Source: Macrostomum lignano | Lineage: Eukaryota | Assembly (NCBI GenBank): GCA_002269645.1 | Contig: NIVC01002957.1 | Span: 3,258-67,257 of the forward strand | Direction of reading: 5' to 3' | Length of the DNA stretch: 64,000 nucleotides | Shown: piece by piece, positions 20,111-32,500 of the stretch | Position numbering within the stretch: the stretch's first letter is position 1 | Layout: every line of letters begins with the position of its first letter | Translations under genes and position numbers: made by a program | Notes under the pieces: model-generated | Seen by the model: the letters and a program-made list of their open reading frames with translations, nothing else | Database searches by the model: none | What the model was told of the DNA's origin: nothing

Positions 20111-23100
20111 GTCGAACTTTCTGGTTTGGGTTGGGTCAGGCTCGAACCTGCGCCTCTCGTGCCAACTGCCTTGACTTCGTCTCACTGGTTTAATGGTCCG
20201 ACCGGGCGTAGCTTGGTTGGGTGTTAAACCAGTGGGGCGTGGCTCTTGTGCGTTGGTGCGGGGGTGGTGGGCCGGGCCTTGGTCACGTGCCCGCGGCCTG
20301 GGTGGCGTTTATTTAATACGGTGCGGGCTGTCGCTGACCCGCCAAGCGCGTATTGATTTTTTTTCTCGCTTTTAAGTCTCCAAGGTTTTTATTTGGCTTT
20401 TAAGTCCGGTAAATTAAAGTTAATAAATGCGCTCGAATACTCGTACAATAGGGTCAGGCTCGAACCTGCGCCTCTCGTGCCAACTGCCTTGACTTCGTCT
20501 CACTGGTTTAATCCAGGACCAATAGTCGAGTTTCATTTACTTGTACCATATAAGAAAGCATCAATTAGCGAGTAGAGACCCAAACATCTGATCTATACTA
20601 ATATTTGCAATCAATGATCGTGTAAGTTGAGAAAAAAATTAACTGCTGTGTTTTAATGTCCACGTGGACTTCATCACACCTATCGATAAAGTAATTTAAA
20701 CTGATATTTACTATTGTTAAAATGAATATTCACACTAAAAGAACAACACTAGTAAAAAGCAATTTACTGAAGCAGCATTGACAAATATTTCTCACTTAAC
20801 GATTTGTTATAAATTACCGTCTCAAAATGTAGAAAACAGGTTTAGACTGACTATCTACCCATTTAAAATTTTAAACTAGATTTTTATAACCCTTAAAACA
20901 TTGTGTACAGATACTTTCCGGTTTTTTAAAATGAAATCTTGTCATTTGTTTTGTTTTACTGAGGACGTTAAAATGGCGCTTAAACTCATTTTAAGTCATT
21001 TTAACTTATTTTAAGCCACTCGAACGCCCCAAAGTTTGTTCCTATCTCCTTAGTGTATTATTATGCAACTCAACAAAACGGCTGAAAATACATGCAGAGC
21101 TACGAAACTTTATTTTTCTCTTGACGCATGCGAGATGCATTGGCAAGTCAAAAATCAGCACCCTAGTTTAAAGTCTACGATTTATTCACCTGCAAACTGT
21201 TCCTATCTCCATAGTGTATTTTGGGGGTCCAGCTTGAGTCTTGACATTCTTCTTTCTTTCCTTCATGACTGCGTGCACAAACTCACCTAACTTCCATCTT
21301 TGGTGAGGTCTAAAAATTGCCACTAAATATCTTTACGTTATTACTTTAGACGCTTGTAATGTGTGAAGCACACTCATTTTCGTCATTTTATAATATTAAT
21401 AGTTATGTTTGATCCAAAAAACGTATCATGAAACTTACTACGATTTTAAAAACAGGTTCAAGTTAATAAAAAAATTGATGCTTTTGTCGCAGTGACTTTT
21501 TTCTTTGGTTGTTTGTTAGAGGCATACTAAAACTTAAAAGTAGCCTTTTGCTTGTAAATCTGCTGGAATTCTTCATAGCATGCATCTTCATTCTTTTCTC
21601 TGGCCATTGAAGGGGGTGAGTTTGTTATATCATATGATTAGCAATGGCAGCAAATTTATGATGGCAACTGCCACTAAAATTGCCTGTCACTCGGGAATTT
21701 TGAAATTTTTCGGAAAATTGGGTTCAGGTAGGCCTAGCAACTACAGCTAGCCAATATTCTAGAAAATAAAATATTAAAAAATTAATTATGAGCATATTTT
21801 TTCCAATTGAAACCAATTGAAAAGTTTGATACTTAGCAAAGCTGCGAGTTGTGCCACCTAAAGTAGAACACTAAGTACCTTAGGCTACAAATTGTATTTG
21901 TTGACGCTTGAAAAATTACTGCAACAATTAACAGCATCGCGACAACGACAATATTTCTCGGTAAGTGCTGCCGCATAATTTGCCAGCTAAGATAAAAGTT
22001 ATTTCTTTATGTACCCTATTTTGAAAACTAATAATCTATTAAGCACATTGGTATATCTATTTTCCTGCTGAGCCTGCCTGCGCGAAATATTTTGGTCCTT
22101 CTGATCCTACCTTTGCCATAACCATCATAGTCCCTGTGAGAGTACTTTAAATTAGCTACTGGCACGAGGGAGGAGACAGTTATAAAACACTAGCTCTAGG
22201 TGGGTTCCTGGGCCGGTGGGCCCATTCGGTCTGAAGGCCTATTTTGACAGTTCTCTGTTTGGTAAGCAAGTTTGAATGACATAGTGTAGCATTTGCTGGC
22301 GCGCATTCCTGCTCAGCTATATTACCCAATTCAATTCTGCTTACTGTTGCTGGTCACCTGCTATCCCTCCTAGCATTAGGACCTTAGCCACTTGCTACAT
22401 ACTTTGCTAGCCAGGGCTAGCACACATGCAGTATGCTTGTAGAAATAGCTAAGTGGCGGCCTAAATGCTTATATAGATAGAGATCAGTATTTAGAGGATA
22501 TACATGTATATATAGAAGTAGAGCTAGAATAGTAATAAAGGCCAAATTAACTATATGCTAAAAAGTCGGCGCTTATTCTTTGGACCCCCTGTTGAATGTT
22601 TCTGTATCCGCAGTCTGCTGTTCATCCGCTTTTTAACCAGTAAATCCATTCCGAATTGCATCCATTTCTGCCATCCACATTTTTTACCTTCTATTTCCAT
22701 ATTCTATGTTTTATCCACTGCATTTGGTCCGTATCCGTGTCCATTTCTAGATTTTAACTTCTATTTCCATATTCCACGTTTTATCCACTGCATCCGGTCC
22801 GTATCCATGTCTGTTTCCGCGTTTTATTCGGTGTGTGCCTTATTGTACCAAAGCAGCTTGGATTGGCACAAGCATAGCTTCTGAATGTAATAACTGCAAG
22901 AGTGGATATAGTGTCAGTTGCACCCCCTTAGCCTATTGCTTTAATTTCCTATACCAGTCCACTTCATTGTTTGTTTATATAGCCTGACTAAACAGGCTGA
23001 TCTCCTGCACTCCATGCACTTGTTTGGATAGCCACGTTGTGTTGACATACTTAGCCATGTCTAGCAGCAACAGTGAATAAACTAGCAATGACTTGGAAAA

Positions 23101-26100
23101 GTCCATTACTCATATGCTCTGCTGGCAAGTAAGGCAAGGCTATCTATCAGTATCTGAATGAAGTTGCAAGTGCCGGGGTCCACTAGATACCTTTGCTGCA
23201 GGCCTTGCTGCTATACTTGGCAGAAAATAGCTTGAGCATAGTGAAAGAGACCACCTTGGCACCTTGCTAAGTTGCTACCAGGATCATAGTGCATAAAGCC
23301 TGTCAAGCTATGGCCTCAAAGTTCAGGACCATTCCTGAACTCAAAGTTCAAGGCCATTGCTTGCAAGCTCCAGCATTTTAGATTTGTTGATGGCCACTAC
23401 TAATTGGAAGCACTGGCACTTTGCTTCATCCTTGATTTTGACAATGTTTAACAACAAGGTCATTTTGTCAATTGTAAATGCTGCTACCCCTGCCAAATTG
23501 TCACTATCAATCATTTAACAAAATGCCAATTAACAAAGTGACTAGCACCCATCACATATTACCTTCAAAGTCAAGGATTGCCACTTCAGGGTTCAGGCAC
23601 AACATTGCTAAGATATAGATGAAGATGCCTTAGTAGGCCCTATAATGGCATAGCCTTACTAAGATTTTCCTGTGATACAAATATGTGCATTGGCTACATT
23701 GACAATAAGCAGGAAATCTATAATTTTGAATAATAAACTAATAAAATTCAAATTCCAACTTATCTAATATTAGGGCAAATGCTAGAGGTAGGCCTACTTG
23801 CTTAATACAGTCATCTTTTTTGATGTAAAAGTGCAATAAATATTGCTAAGTGAATGTCTCCTTAATAATGATAAACATTTTATCTAAGAACCATATAATG
23901 CATTGTGACTTGTATTAGCAAAGTTATCTAGGCTCTAATTAGGAACAACAAGTGCTGTCATCTGATAAGTTCAATGCAAATGTTTTCAAAAATGAATTTG
24001 TTAGGAATGTGAGCCAAATCTAGCTCAAACTATTAGGTTGCTAAGACAATCTTTTGAGCAACTATAGTTTGAATTTTTTAGCTAGCTATTTGATTAATAG
24101 CTTGTCAAGAACTCTTTGTAAGCCCTCATTAGACATTATATTACACAAATATTTTTTACGGTATTGCTTGAGTAGGTCAAAAGCAATTCCTCTTTGCTTC
24201 AGTTATAACTTCTACTAGTTGCAACTTTTGCTTAGCAGCAATTGCAACATTAGGATTGTAAGTATATAGAGTGCCATTTTGGAATTGACCATTTATTGCT
24301 TGTTTTGCTATTCTTGGACAAATGGTACCCCTTTATATTTTATGCATCTCCTGTATGTCATACCAGCTTGGCTATAATTACAACTTAGCAAATATTTAGC
24401 ATTATATGAATTTGGTGAAAAGCATCTTTCTCTCTTTGACTAACATTATAAAGGACTTTATAACATATTTCTTGCGATTTTTGATAAGAAGAGACTACAT
24501 TAATATTTAAACAAGGGAGTTCTATGCAATTACTAATGGCATTTCAGAGGCTGGACATTAGCATATAGCTTAGGGCCTATCCAACAATGAATAATCATCT
24601 AACTCAGCTATAGTCTACTGAACTAGTGCTGGATTCGCATTGTCAAGTTGAACAATAAGCTAAGTGTTAAGCTACTCAACTATAGCTAGATTTACATTGC
24701 CAAGTTGTGATAAACCAAGCATTTTTATCACAACTACATTATAATTACTTGTAATTTCATGCATTTATACTAATTGCGCAGGACCAATGAAAGTCAGTAT
24801 CCTGGAATCTATAGTATTCATTTAGACTAACTGATTAACACCCTATTCTGTGCTACTAGTATTGACAACTATCACATTGAAAGCCATGTTGCTTTGGTCA
24901 AACTTCTTTATGACAAACAATGCATATTTGTTTTTGTGTTTTATTAGGGCTTTATACATTGGTTTATATTTCATTGACTCTGTAGATTTTCCCCTATTTA
25001 TATAATTAATTAACTATAAAAGTGTTGCAGGAGTACTTAAAATTCAGTGTAAGCTATGTAATATATATATCTTACATTTATACAATATATATGTATATTA
25101 TCTTAAGATCATAGAACTAAATGTACACTGTATATTATATAGGATACACAATGTACACATATGATTGAAAATTTATTCAGTTGCCTTGGCCTAAAAGTTC
25201 ATTAAATTTGATTATAAATCATTTTGTTGGCAAATAAGAATATTGCTACTATGAGCTAAGCTCTGCATAGCCAATGCAACACAATATAACAATTTAGTGA
25301 ATGTAGCATTGTCTAATACCAAGATGATGATAATTTAAATAATTTAGTTCTTTTTCCTATAAGCCACATATGAAAATCTCAAATATGAAAACTTTGGCCA
25401 GAACCATCTTATTAGTGCAAAAAAACAATTTTAATAATATTCAAGTTAGGGCATTTCTAAAAAGTTTTTTCTTGAATATTACCAATTAGATTCCTAAAAA
25501 AGCAAAAAATCTAACAAGTTTTTTAGAAGTTTTTAGATCTATCTCCTTTTTGTCTCAATCTTTAGTGAAATTGTAACTTATAAATTTGTTAATGCAGTTA
25601 TAAACAGTTTTTAAGATAGCCATTAGAGTAGAAAATTATTCGTTTTTTGGTTTCTTTATGAAAATTTTCCCATAAGCTATAGACAATAAAAGTTCTTTGC
25701 AACAAAGATTGGGCAAAGAGCATCGAAAGAAAGGAGGCCAGTGAAAATAGCTAGTTTGAACCTAGCATCCCAAAAATATTTTGTTTTCTTACACATAATT
25801 GTCCTATTATCTTGGTCTACTAGTTAAACATTATTTTTTTCAACTTGGTAGCTTATAGGTTTAAATGTAGAAACTTAATATTTATCTAGCAGTAAGTGCT
25901 ATTATCTCTAGATACTTGTAGTTAGCTTTTTTAGTATATAGTATTAGTATATTTAGATATATCCTATTTTCTACTCTTATCAAATGATCTTATTACCTGG
26001 TCTTCCTAAGGTTCTTCTTTTTCATGTCTGCTATTTTCTTTAATATATTTAAAGAGTTTGCATTTGCACTATTGCTCCTGCATAGCTTTTAAGTGCCTTT

Positions 26101-26505
26101 CTGCATTACAGCTCCTTATCCTTATGACTCTCAAATGTGACTTTAATTTAAGGGATCAAACTCAAGTAGTTGATTAGGCTTTAATATCTTGCTACTTAGG
26201 CTAGTTTTTTCTTTATAGTTATATGATGATATTAGCGATCTACTACTATTAGTAATCTCCAATGGTTACCCATTGTTTACTGCAATGAAAGCAGTCTATA
26301 GGTAATGAATGTGCTATAAGGCAAAGCACAGATTTGACTTAACTGCAATAGATTGAGCAACAACTTGTCTATGGTGTAGCCAGCCAACCAAAAACCTTCC
26401 AATTTTGCAATAAGATTAAATAGCCAGTTAGTGCACTCCACCACAAATGCACAGACCAAGAAGCTGCACAATCGACTGAAACCAAACCATTTATTTCAGC
26501 CAGCA

Positions 26506-29500
26506 ATGTCCCAGTCAGCGCTGCTGTGCTGTCTAGCTGCTGTCCTGGCCGCGACAGCCACTGACGTCAGCGCCATCATTCAGCATCAGGCGCCGAATTA
26601 TTTTAGCCAGAAGGTGTCAACGCCTCATCCAGAGATAACCCGCGTCCACCTGATGTTTATGAATCACCTGGACGTTGGCTTCAGCCTGCCATCGGAAATT
26701 GGCTATTCGGCCAATGTGATCAACACATATTTAAACGTTTATTTTGAACGGGCCGCCAATGTCAGCCGGGATTTGCGCAAATTCGGCTATCTGGAGACTT
26801 TCTCCTACCTGGCGCATCCCTGGATGCTGGAGATGTTCTTTGACTGTCCGCAGAATGTGTCGCTGCAGGGCATCAAAATCCAGTGCCCGTCGCAGGCCAC
26901 TGTTGACTACGTGGCCCAGGCTGTCAAGGAGGGCGCCATCCAGTGGCACGCCGGCTCTATGAATGTTCAATACGAGACCTGCCTGACCCCCAACTTGCTG
27001 CAGGTGAGGGCAGAGTAGCGCTGTTTGAGTGTGCATACTCTGCAGCTGTGGCGTTGGGGGGGGGGGACAGTGTACACACACCCTGGCGCACTTTAAGCAA
27101 GAGGCATTACTGCCCATTTTGCCGAATCCCCTGAGCAGGCACACACTCGCACAGGAGTGTACAGCGGCCCTGACTTTATTTGTTAGGCATGTACACTTCA
27201 CTGCGATTCCAATTTAGCCCCGGATTATTAATGTGACTGCACTTGGAATCGAGCCTGGGCCGCTGGCATATCAGAGCGCCGCGCTGGAACACTTGGCTAC
27301 CACTGGCTAGACCACTGCCCCCCTGTCCCCGGTCCCTCAGATCAGCCTGGACTCCGCCAAGCGGTTGGACGCCAAGTTCGGCATCAAGCGGAAGCTGAGC
27401 GCCGTCTCCCTACGCGACGTGCCCGGCCTGACCCGGGCGGCCATCGACCTGATGGCTAAAAACGGCATAGTGGCGGTGACCAACGGCATCAACTGGGCCT
27501 GCCCGTCCGTTGATCTCGGCAGTCCCGACTTAAAATTCGTTCGCTGGCGTTCGCCTGACACCGGCAACGAGATCTTTTATAACAAAATCCCAGGCGGCTA
27601 TCCCGGCAATCCGGGCCCGGACCCCAACCACCCGGGCGGCCTGGACTTCAGCAACTGCCTGCAGGCGCCCGGCACTACTGAGATTCAGTGCTGGGCCTTC
27701 CGCAGCGACAACAGCGGCCCGCCTGTTGACTATAAAGAGGTAATGCGTTCTTAATCTGATTTTTTAAACTCAAAATAGTAAGCACTAGCGCATCAAGCCC
27801 TCATGGGGGCATTCAAATTGAAAATTCAAATATTGAAAGCATTAAAAACATTGTTTTTCGATATTTGACCCACTTCTAATTGTGGTATAAGTGTTATATT
27901 TGCCACTGAATATAAATCTGAATATGAAGTGCTGGATGATACTGTAGGAAGTGCTGTAGGATGCTGTAGCAAGTGCTGTATGGTACTGTAGCAAGTGCTG
28001 TAGGATACTGTAGCAAGTGCTGTATGGTACTGTAGCAAGTGCTGTAGGATACTGTAGCAAGTGCTGTGGGATACTGTAGCAAGTGCTGTAGGATACTGTA
28101 GCAAGTGCTGTATGGTACTGTAGCAAGTGCTGTAGGATACTGTAGCAAGTGCTGTATGGTACTGTAGCAAGTGCTGTAGGATACTGTAGCAAGTGCTGTA
28201 GGATGCTGTAGCAAGTGCTGTAGGATACTGTAGCAAGTGCTGTGGGATACTGTAGCAAGTGCTGTAGGATACTGTAGCAAGTGCTGTAGGATACTGTAGC
28301 AAGTGCTGTAGGATACTGTAGCAAGTGCTGTAGGATACTGTAGCAAGTGCTGTAGGATGCTGTAGCAAGTGCTGTAGGATACTGTAGCAAGTGCTGTGGG
28401 ATACTGTAGCAAGTGCTGTAGGATACTGTAGCAAGTGCTGTAGGATACTGTAGCAAGTGCTGTAGGATACTGTAGCAAGTGCTGTATGGTACTGTAGCAA
28501 GTGCTGTAGGATACTGTAGCAAGTGCTGTGGGATACTGTAGCAAGTGCTGTAGGATACTGTAGCAAGTGCTGTATGGTACTGTAGGAATTGCTGTAGGAT
28601 ACTGTAGCAAGTGCTGTGGGATACTGTAGCAAGTGCTGTAGGATACTGTAGCAAGTGCTGTATGGTACTGTAGGAATTGCTGTAGGATACTGTAGCAAGT
28701 GCTGTATGGTACTGTAGCAAGTGCTGTATGGTACTGTAGGAATTGCTGTAGGATACTGTAGCAAGTGCTGTATGGTACTGTAGGAATTGCTGTAGGATAC
28801 TGTAGCAAGTGCTGTATGGTACTGTAGCAAGTGCTGTATGGTACTGTAGGAATTGCTGTAGGATGCTGTAGCAAGTGCTGTATGGTACTGTAGCAAGTGC
28901 TGTAGGATACTGTAGCAAGTGCTGTAGGATACTGTAGCAAGTGCTGTATGGTACTGTAGGAATTGCTGTATGGTACTGTAGCAAGTGCTGTAGGATACTG
29001 TAGCAAGTGCTGTAGGATACTGTAGCAAGTGCTGTAGGATACTGTAGGAATTGCTGTAGGATACTTTAGCAGGTGCTGTATGGTACTGTAGCAAGTGCTG
29101 TAGGTTACTGTAGCAAGTGCTGTATGGTACCGTAGGAATTGCTGTAGGATACTGTAGCAAGTGCTGTAGGATACTGTAGCAAGTGCTGTAGGATACTGTA
29201 GCAAGTGCTGTAGGATACTGTAGCAAGTGCTGTAGGATACTGTAGCAAGTGCTGTAGGATACTGTAGCAAGTGCTGTAGGATACTGTAGCAAGTGCTGTA
29301 GGATACTGTAGCAAGTGCTGTAGGATACTGTAGCAAGTGCTGTATGGTACTGTAGCAAGTGCTGTATGGTACTGTAGCAAGTGCTGTAGGATACTGTAGC
29401 AAGTGCTGTATGGTACTGTAGCAAGTGCTGTATGGTACTGTAGCAAGTGCTGTAGGATACTGTAGCAAGTGCTGTATGGTACTGTAGGAATTGCTGTAGG

Positions 29501-32500
29501 ATACTGTAGCAAGTGCTGTATGGTACTGTAGGAATTGCTGTAGGATACTTTAGCAGGTGCTGTATGGTACTGTAGCAAGTGCTGTAGGATACTGTAGCAA
29601 GTGCTGTAGGATACTGTAGCAAGTGCTGTATGGTACTGTAGGAATTGCTGTAGGATACTGTAGCAAGTGCTGTATGGTACTGTAGGAATTGCTGTAGGAT
29701 ACTGTAGCAAGTGCTGTAGGATACTGTAGCAAGTGCTGTAGGATGCTGTAGCAAGTGCTGTATGGTACTGTAGGAAGTGCTGTAGGATACTGTAGCAAGT
29801 GCTGTAGGATACTGTAGCAAGTGCTGTATGGTACTGTAGGAATTGCTGTATGGTACTGTAGCAGGTGCTGTATGGTACTGTATGAATTGCTGTAGGATAC
29901 TGTAGCAAGTGCTGTATGGTACTGTAGGAATTGCTGTAGGATACTGTAGCAAGTGCTGTAGGATACTGTAGCAAGTGCTGTAGGATGCTGTAGCAAGTGC
30001 TGTAGGATACTGTAGCAAGTGCTGTATGGTATTGTAGCAAGTGCTGTGGGATACTGTAGCAAGTGCTGTAGGATACTGTAGCAAGTGCTGTAGGATGCTG
30101 TAGCAAGTGCTGTAGGATACTGTAGCAAGTGCTGTAGGATGCTGTAGCAAGTGCTGTAGGATACTGTAGCAAGTGCTGTAGGATGCTGTAGCAAGTGCTG
30201 TATGGTACTGTAGGAAGTGCTGTAGGATACTGTAGCAAGTGCTGTAGGATACTGTAGCAAGTGCTGTATGGTACTGTAGGAATTGCTGTAGGATACTGTA
30301 GCAAGTGCTGTATGGTACTGTAGGAATTGCTGTAGGATACTGTAGCAAGTGCTGTATGGTACTGTAGGAATTGCTGTAGGATACTGTAGCAAGTGCTGTA
30401 GGATACTGTAGCAAGTGCTGTAGGATGCTGTAGCAAGTGCTGTATGGTACTGTAGGAAGTGCTGTAGGATACTGTAGCAAGTGCTGTAGGATACTGTAGC
30501 AAGTGCTGTATGGTACTGTAGGAATTGCTGTATGGTACTGTAGCAGGTGCTGTATGGTACTGTATGAATTGCTGTAGGATACTGTAGCAAGTGCTGTATG
30601 GTACTGTAGGAATTGCTGTAGGATACTGTAGCAAGTGCTGTAGGATACTGTAGCAAGTGCTGTAGGATGCTGTAGCAAGTGCTGTAGGATACTGTAGCAA
30701 GTGCTGTATGGTATTGTAGCAAGTGCTGTGGGATACTGTAGCAAGTGCTGTAGGATACTGTAGCAAGTGCTGTAGGATGCTGTAGCAAGTGCTGTAGGAT
30801 ACTGTAGCAAGTGCTGTAGGATGCTGTAGCAAGTGCTGTAGGATACTGTAGCAAGTGCTGTATGGTACTGTAGGAGGCTTAGTAGGGTAATCTACATGTA
30901 GGTAGTAGTGTAGGATATTTTAAAATCAATAAACTAATATGTTGATATTTGGAGTAAGTGACCAATGCTAATTAAGAAGCATCTCTATACCTGAACTGGT
31001 TCAACGCCGCAACACGCACAACAGGTGCTGTCCAACTACGAGGTGCTGCGCGGCCAGTACCCCAACGCTGCCATCTCGGCTTCCACTATGGAGAAATTCT
31101 GGTCCCTAGTGCTGGCTAACAGAGACTCGGTGCCCGTGTTCACTAAAGAGAATGGCGACACCTGGCTGCAGGGCGATCAGGCGGATTTCCATCGCATGGC
31201 CAGGTACCGCGCCATCGCCCGCGCCCTGGACACCTGCGTCTCGGCCGGCGCCTGCCAGCTGGAGTCGCCGGACATGATCATGTTCAGCCGCTGGATTGCT
31301 AAAGCTGCCGAGCACACCTACGGCCTTAACGGTGTGTGGGACTATGTGCACTACAGCAATTTGGACTTCTACAGTGTTATGCAGAATGACAATTTCCGAC
31401 ACGGAGTGTCATCTTGGCTTGAGCAGCGGCAGTTCCTGCAGTTGGCTGTGAGTGCTGCTGTCATATCAATACCAGTGACGTATCCTGGATTTTGGAATGG
31501 GAGCTAGGGAGGGTCGCTTTCCCAAGTGCGAAGCTTCACAAGCTCGAAACTTCATGAGCTCGAAACTTCATGAGCTCGGATCTTCACAAGTTCGAAACTT
31601 CATGAGCTCGGATCTTCACAAGTTCGAAACTTCATGAGCTCGAAACTTCACAAGTTCGAAACTTCATGAGCTTGAGAAACTTCATAAGCTCGAAACTTCA
31701 TGAGCTCGGATCTTCACAAGTTCGAAACTTCATGAGCTCGAAACTTTACAAGTTCGAAACTTCATGAGCTCGGATCTTCACAAGTTCGAAACTTCATAAG
31801 CTCGAAACTTCATGAGCTCGAAACTTCATGAGCTCGAATCTTCACAAGTTCGAAACTTCATGAGCTCGAAACTTCACAATTTCGAAGCTTCACAAGCTCG
31901 AGAAAGTTCACAAGCTCAAATCTTCACATGGTCACATGCCATCAAAAGGCGTGAATCACTCAGGCCAAGTTTTTTTTCGCACACCTGCCTCTAATTAGCA
32001 GCTAAAATATACTTTCAATCCCCCTCCCCAACTATATCCGCAGGTGGACGCCGCCCCACCCAAGCTGGCCTCGTACATCGCGGCTGAGCTGGCCCCCCTA
32101 GCCGACGAATTCCCCGGCGTTGGCGCCAATTTCTCCAGGCTGAACGACACCGCCTGGGGCCGGCCGCTGACTGCCGGCGGGCCCTACCGGGTGGTCTTCG
32201 ACCGCCGCGCCGGCCTGGCCCGCTTCTCCATCGACTCCGGCGCCACCTGGCATCAGGGCGGCGGCGCCTTTGTCTACCGGACCTACAATGAGAGCGACAC
32301 GGCTTTTTTCCTGCGCTATTACACCAATCCCAATGGGGATAACACGGGCTTTGGCAAGTACAATAGCACCCAGAATGCTCACCCGGTGTCGCAGTTCTGG
32401 TCAATTAGTGCTGTGGCCATCTACCAGCATAGCAGCCAGTCCACCTTCGCTGTGCAGTTCTTAATGGACGATCCGCAGAGCTCGGTGAGGCATCGTGGTT

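Larger units (their letters stand above)
17725..20512 (+). mobile_element. 5'-truncated Ngaro/DIRS tyrosine-recombinase retrotransposon
   Basis: RT-RNaseH overlapping a tyrosine recombinase, then 62-bp split direct repeats (20133-20194 and 20451-20512). gag and the 5' repeat are missing. Confidence 0.88.
16576..21030. mobile_element. Non-autonomous TIR DNA transposon (PIF/Harbinger-like) with ~365-bp TIRs, carrying a Ngaro fragment
   Basis: 16576-16940 is the near-perfect reverse complement of 20667-21030. Termini are GGGTGCGTTCG.../...CGAACGCCCC, with AAA on both sides (candidate 3-bp TSD). No transposase inside. Confidence 0.75.

Noticed and set aside
21037-21219. Short direct repeat TGTTCCTATCTCC(T/A)TAGTGTATT ~160 bp apart
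   Set aside because: Too short, with no associated element structure.
27826-30854. Very long minus-strand ORFs (994, 575, 524 aa etc.)
   Set aside because: Stop-free translations of a 22-bp intronic minisatellite in all three frames.
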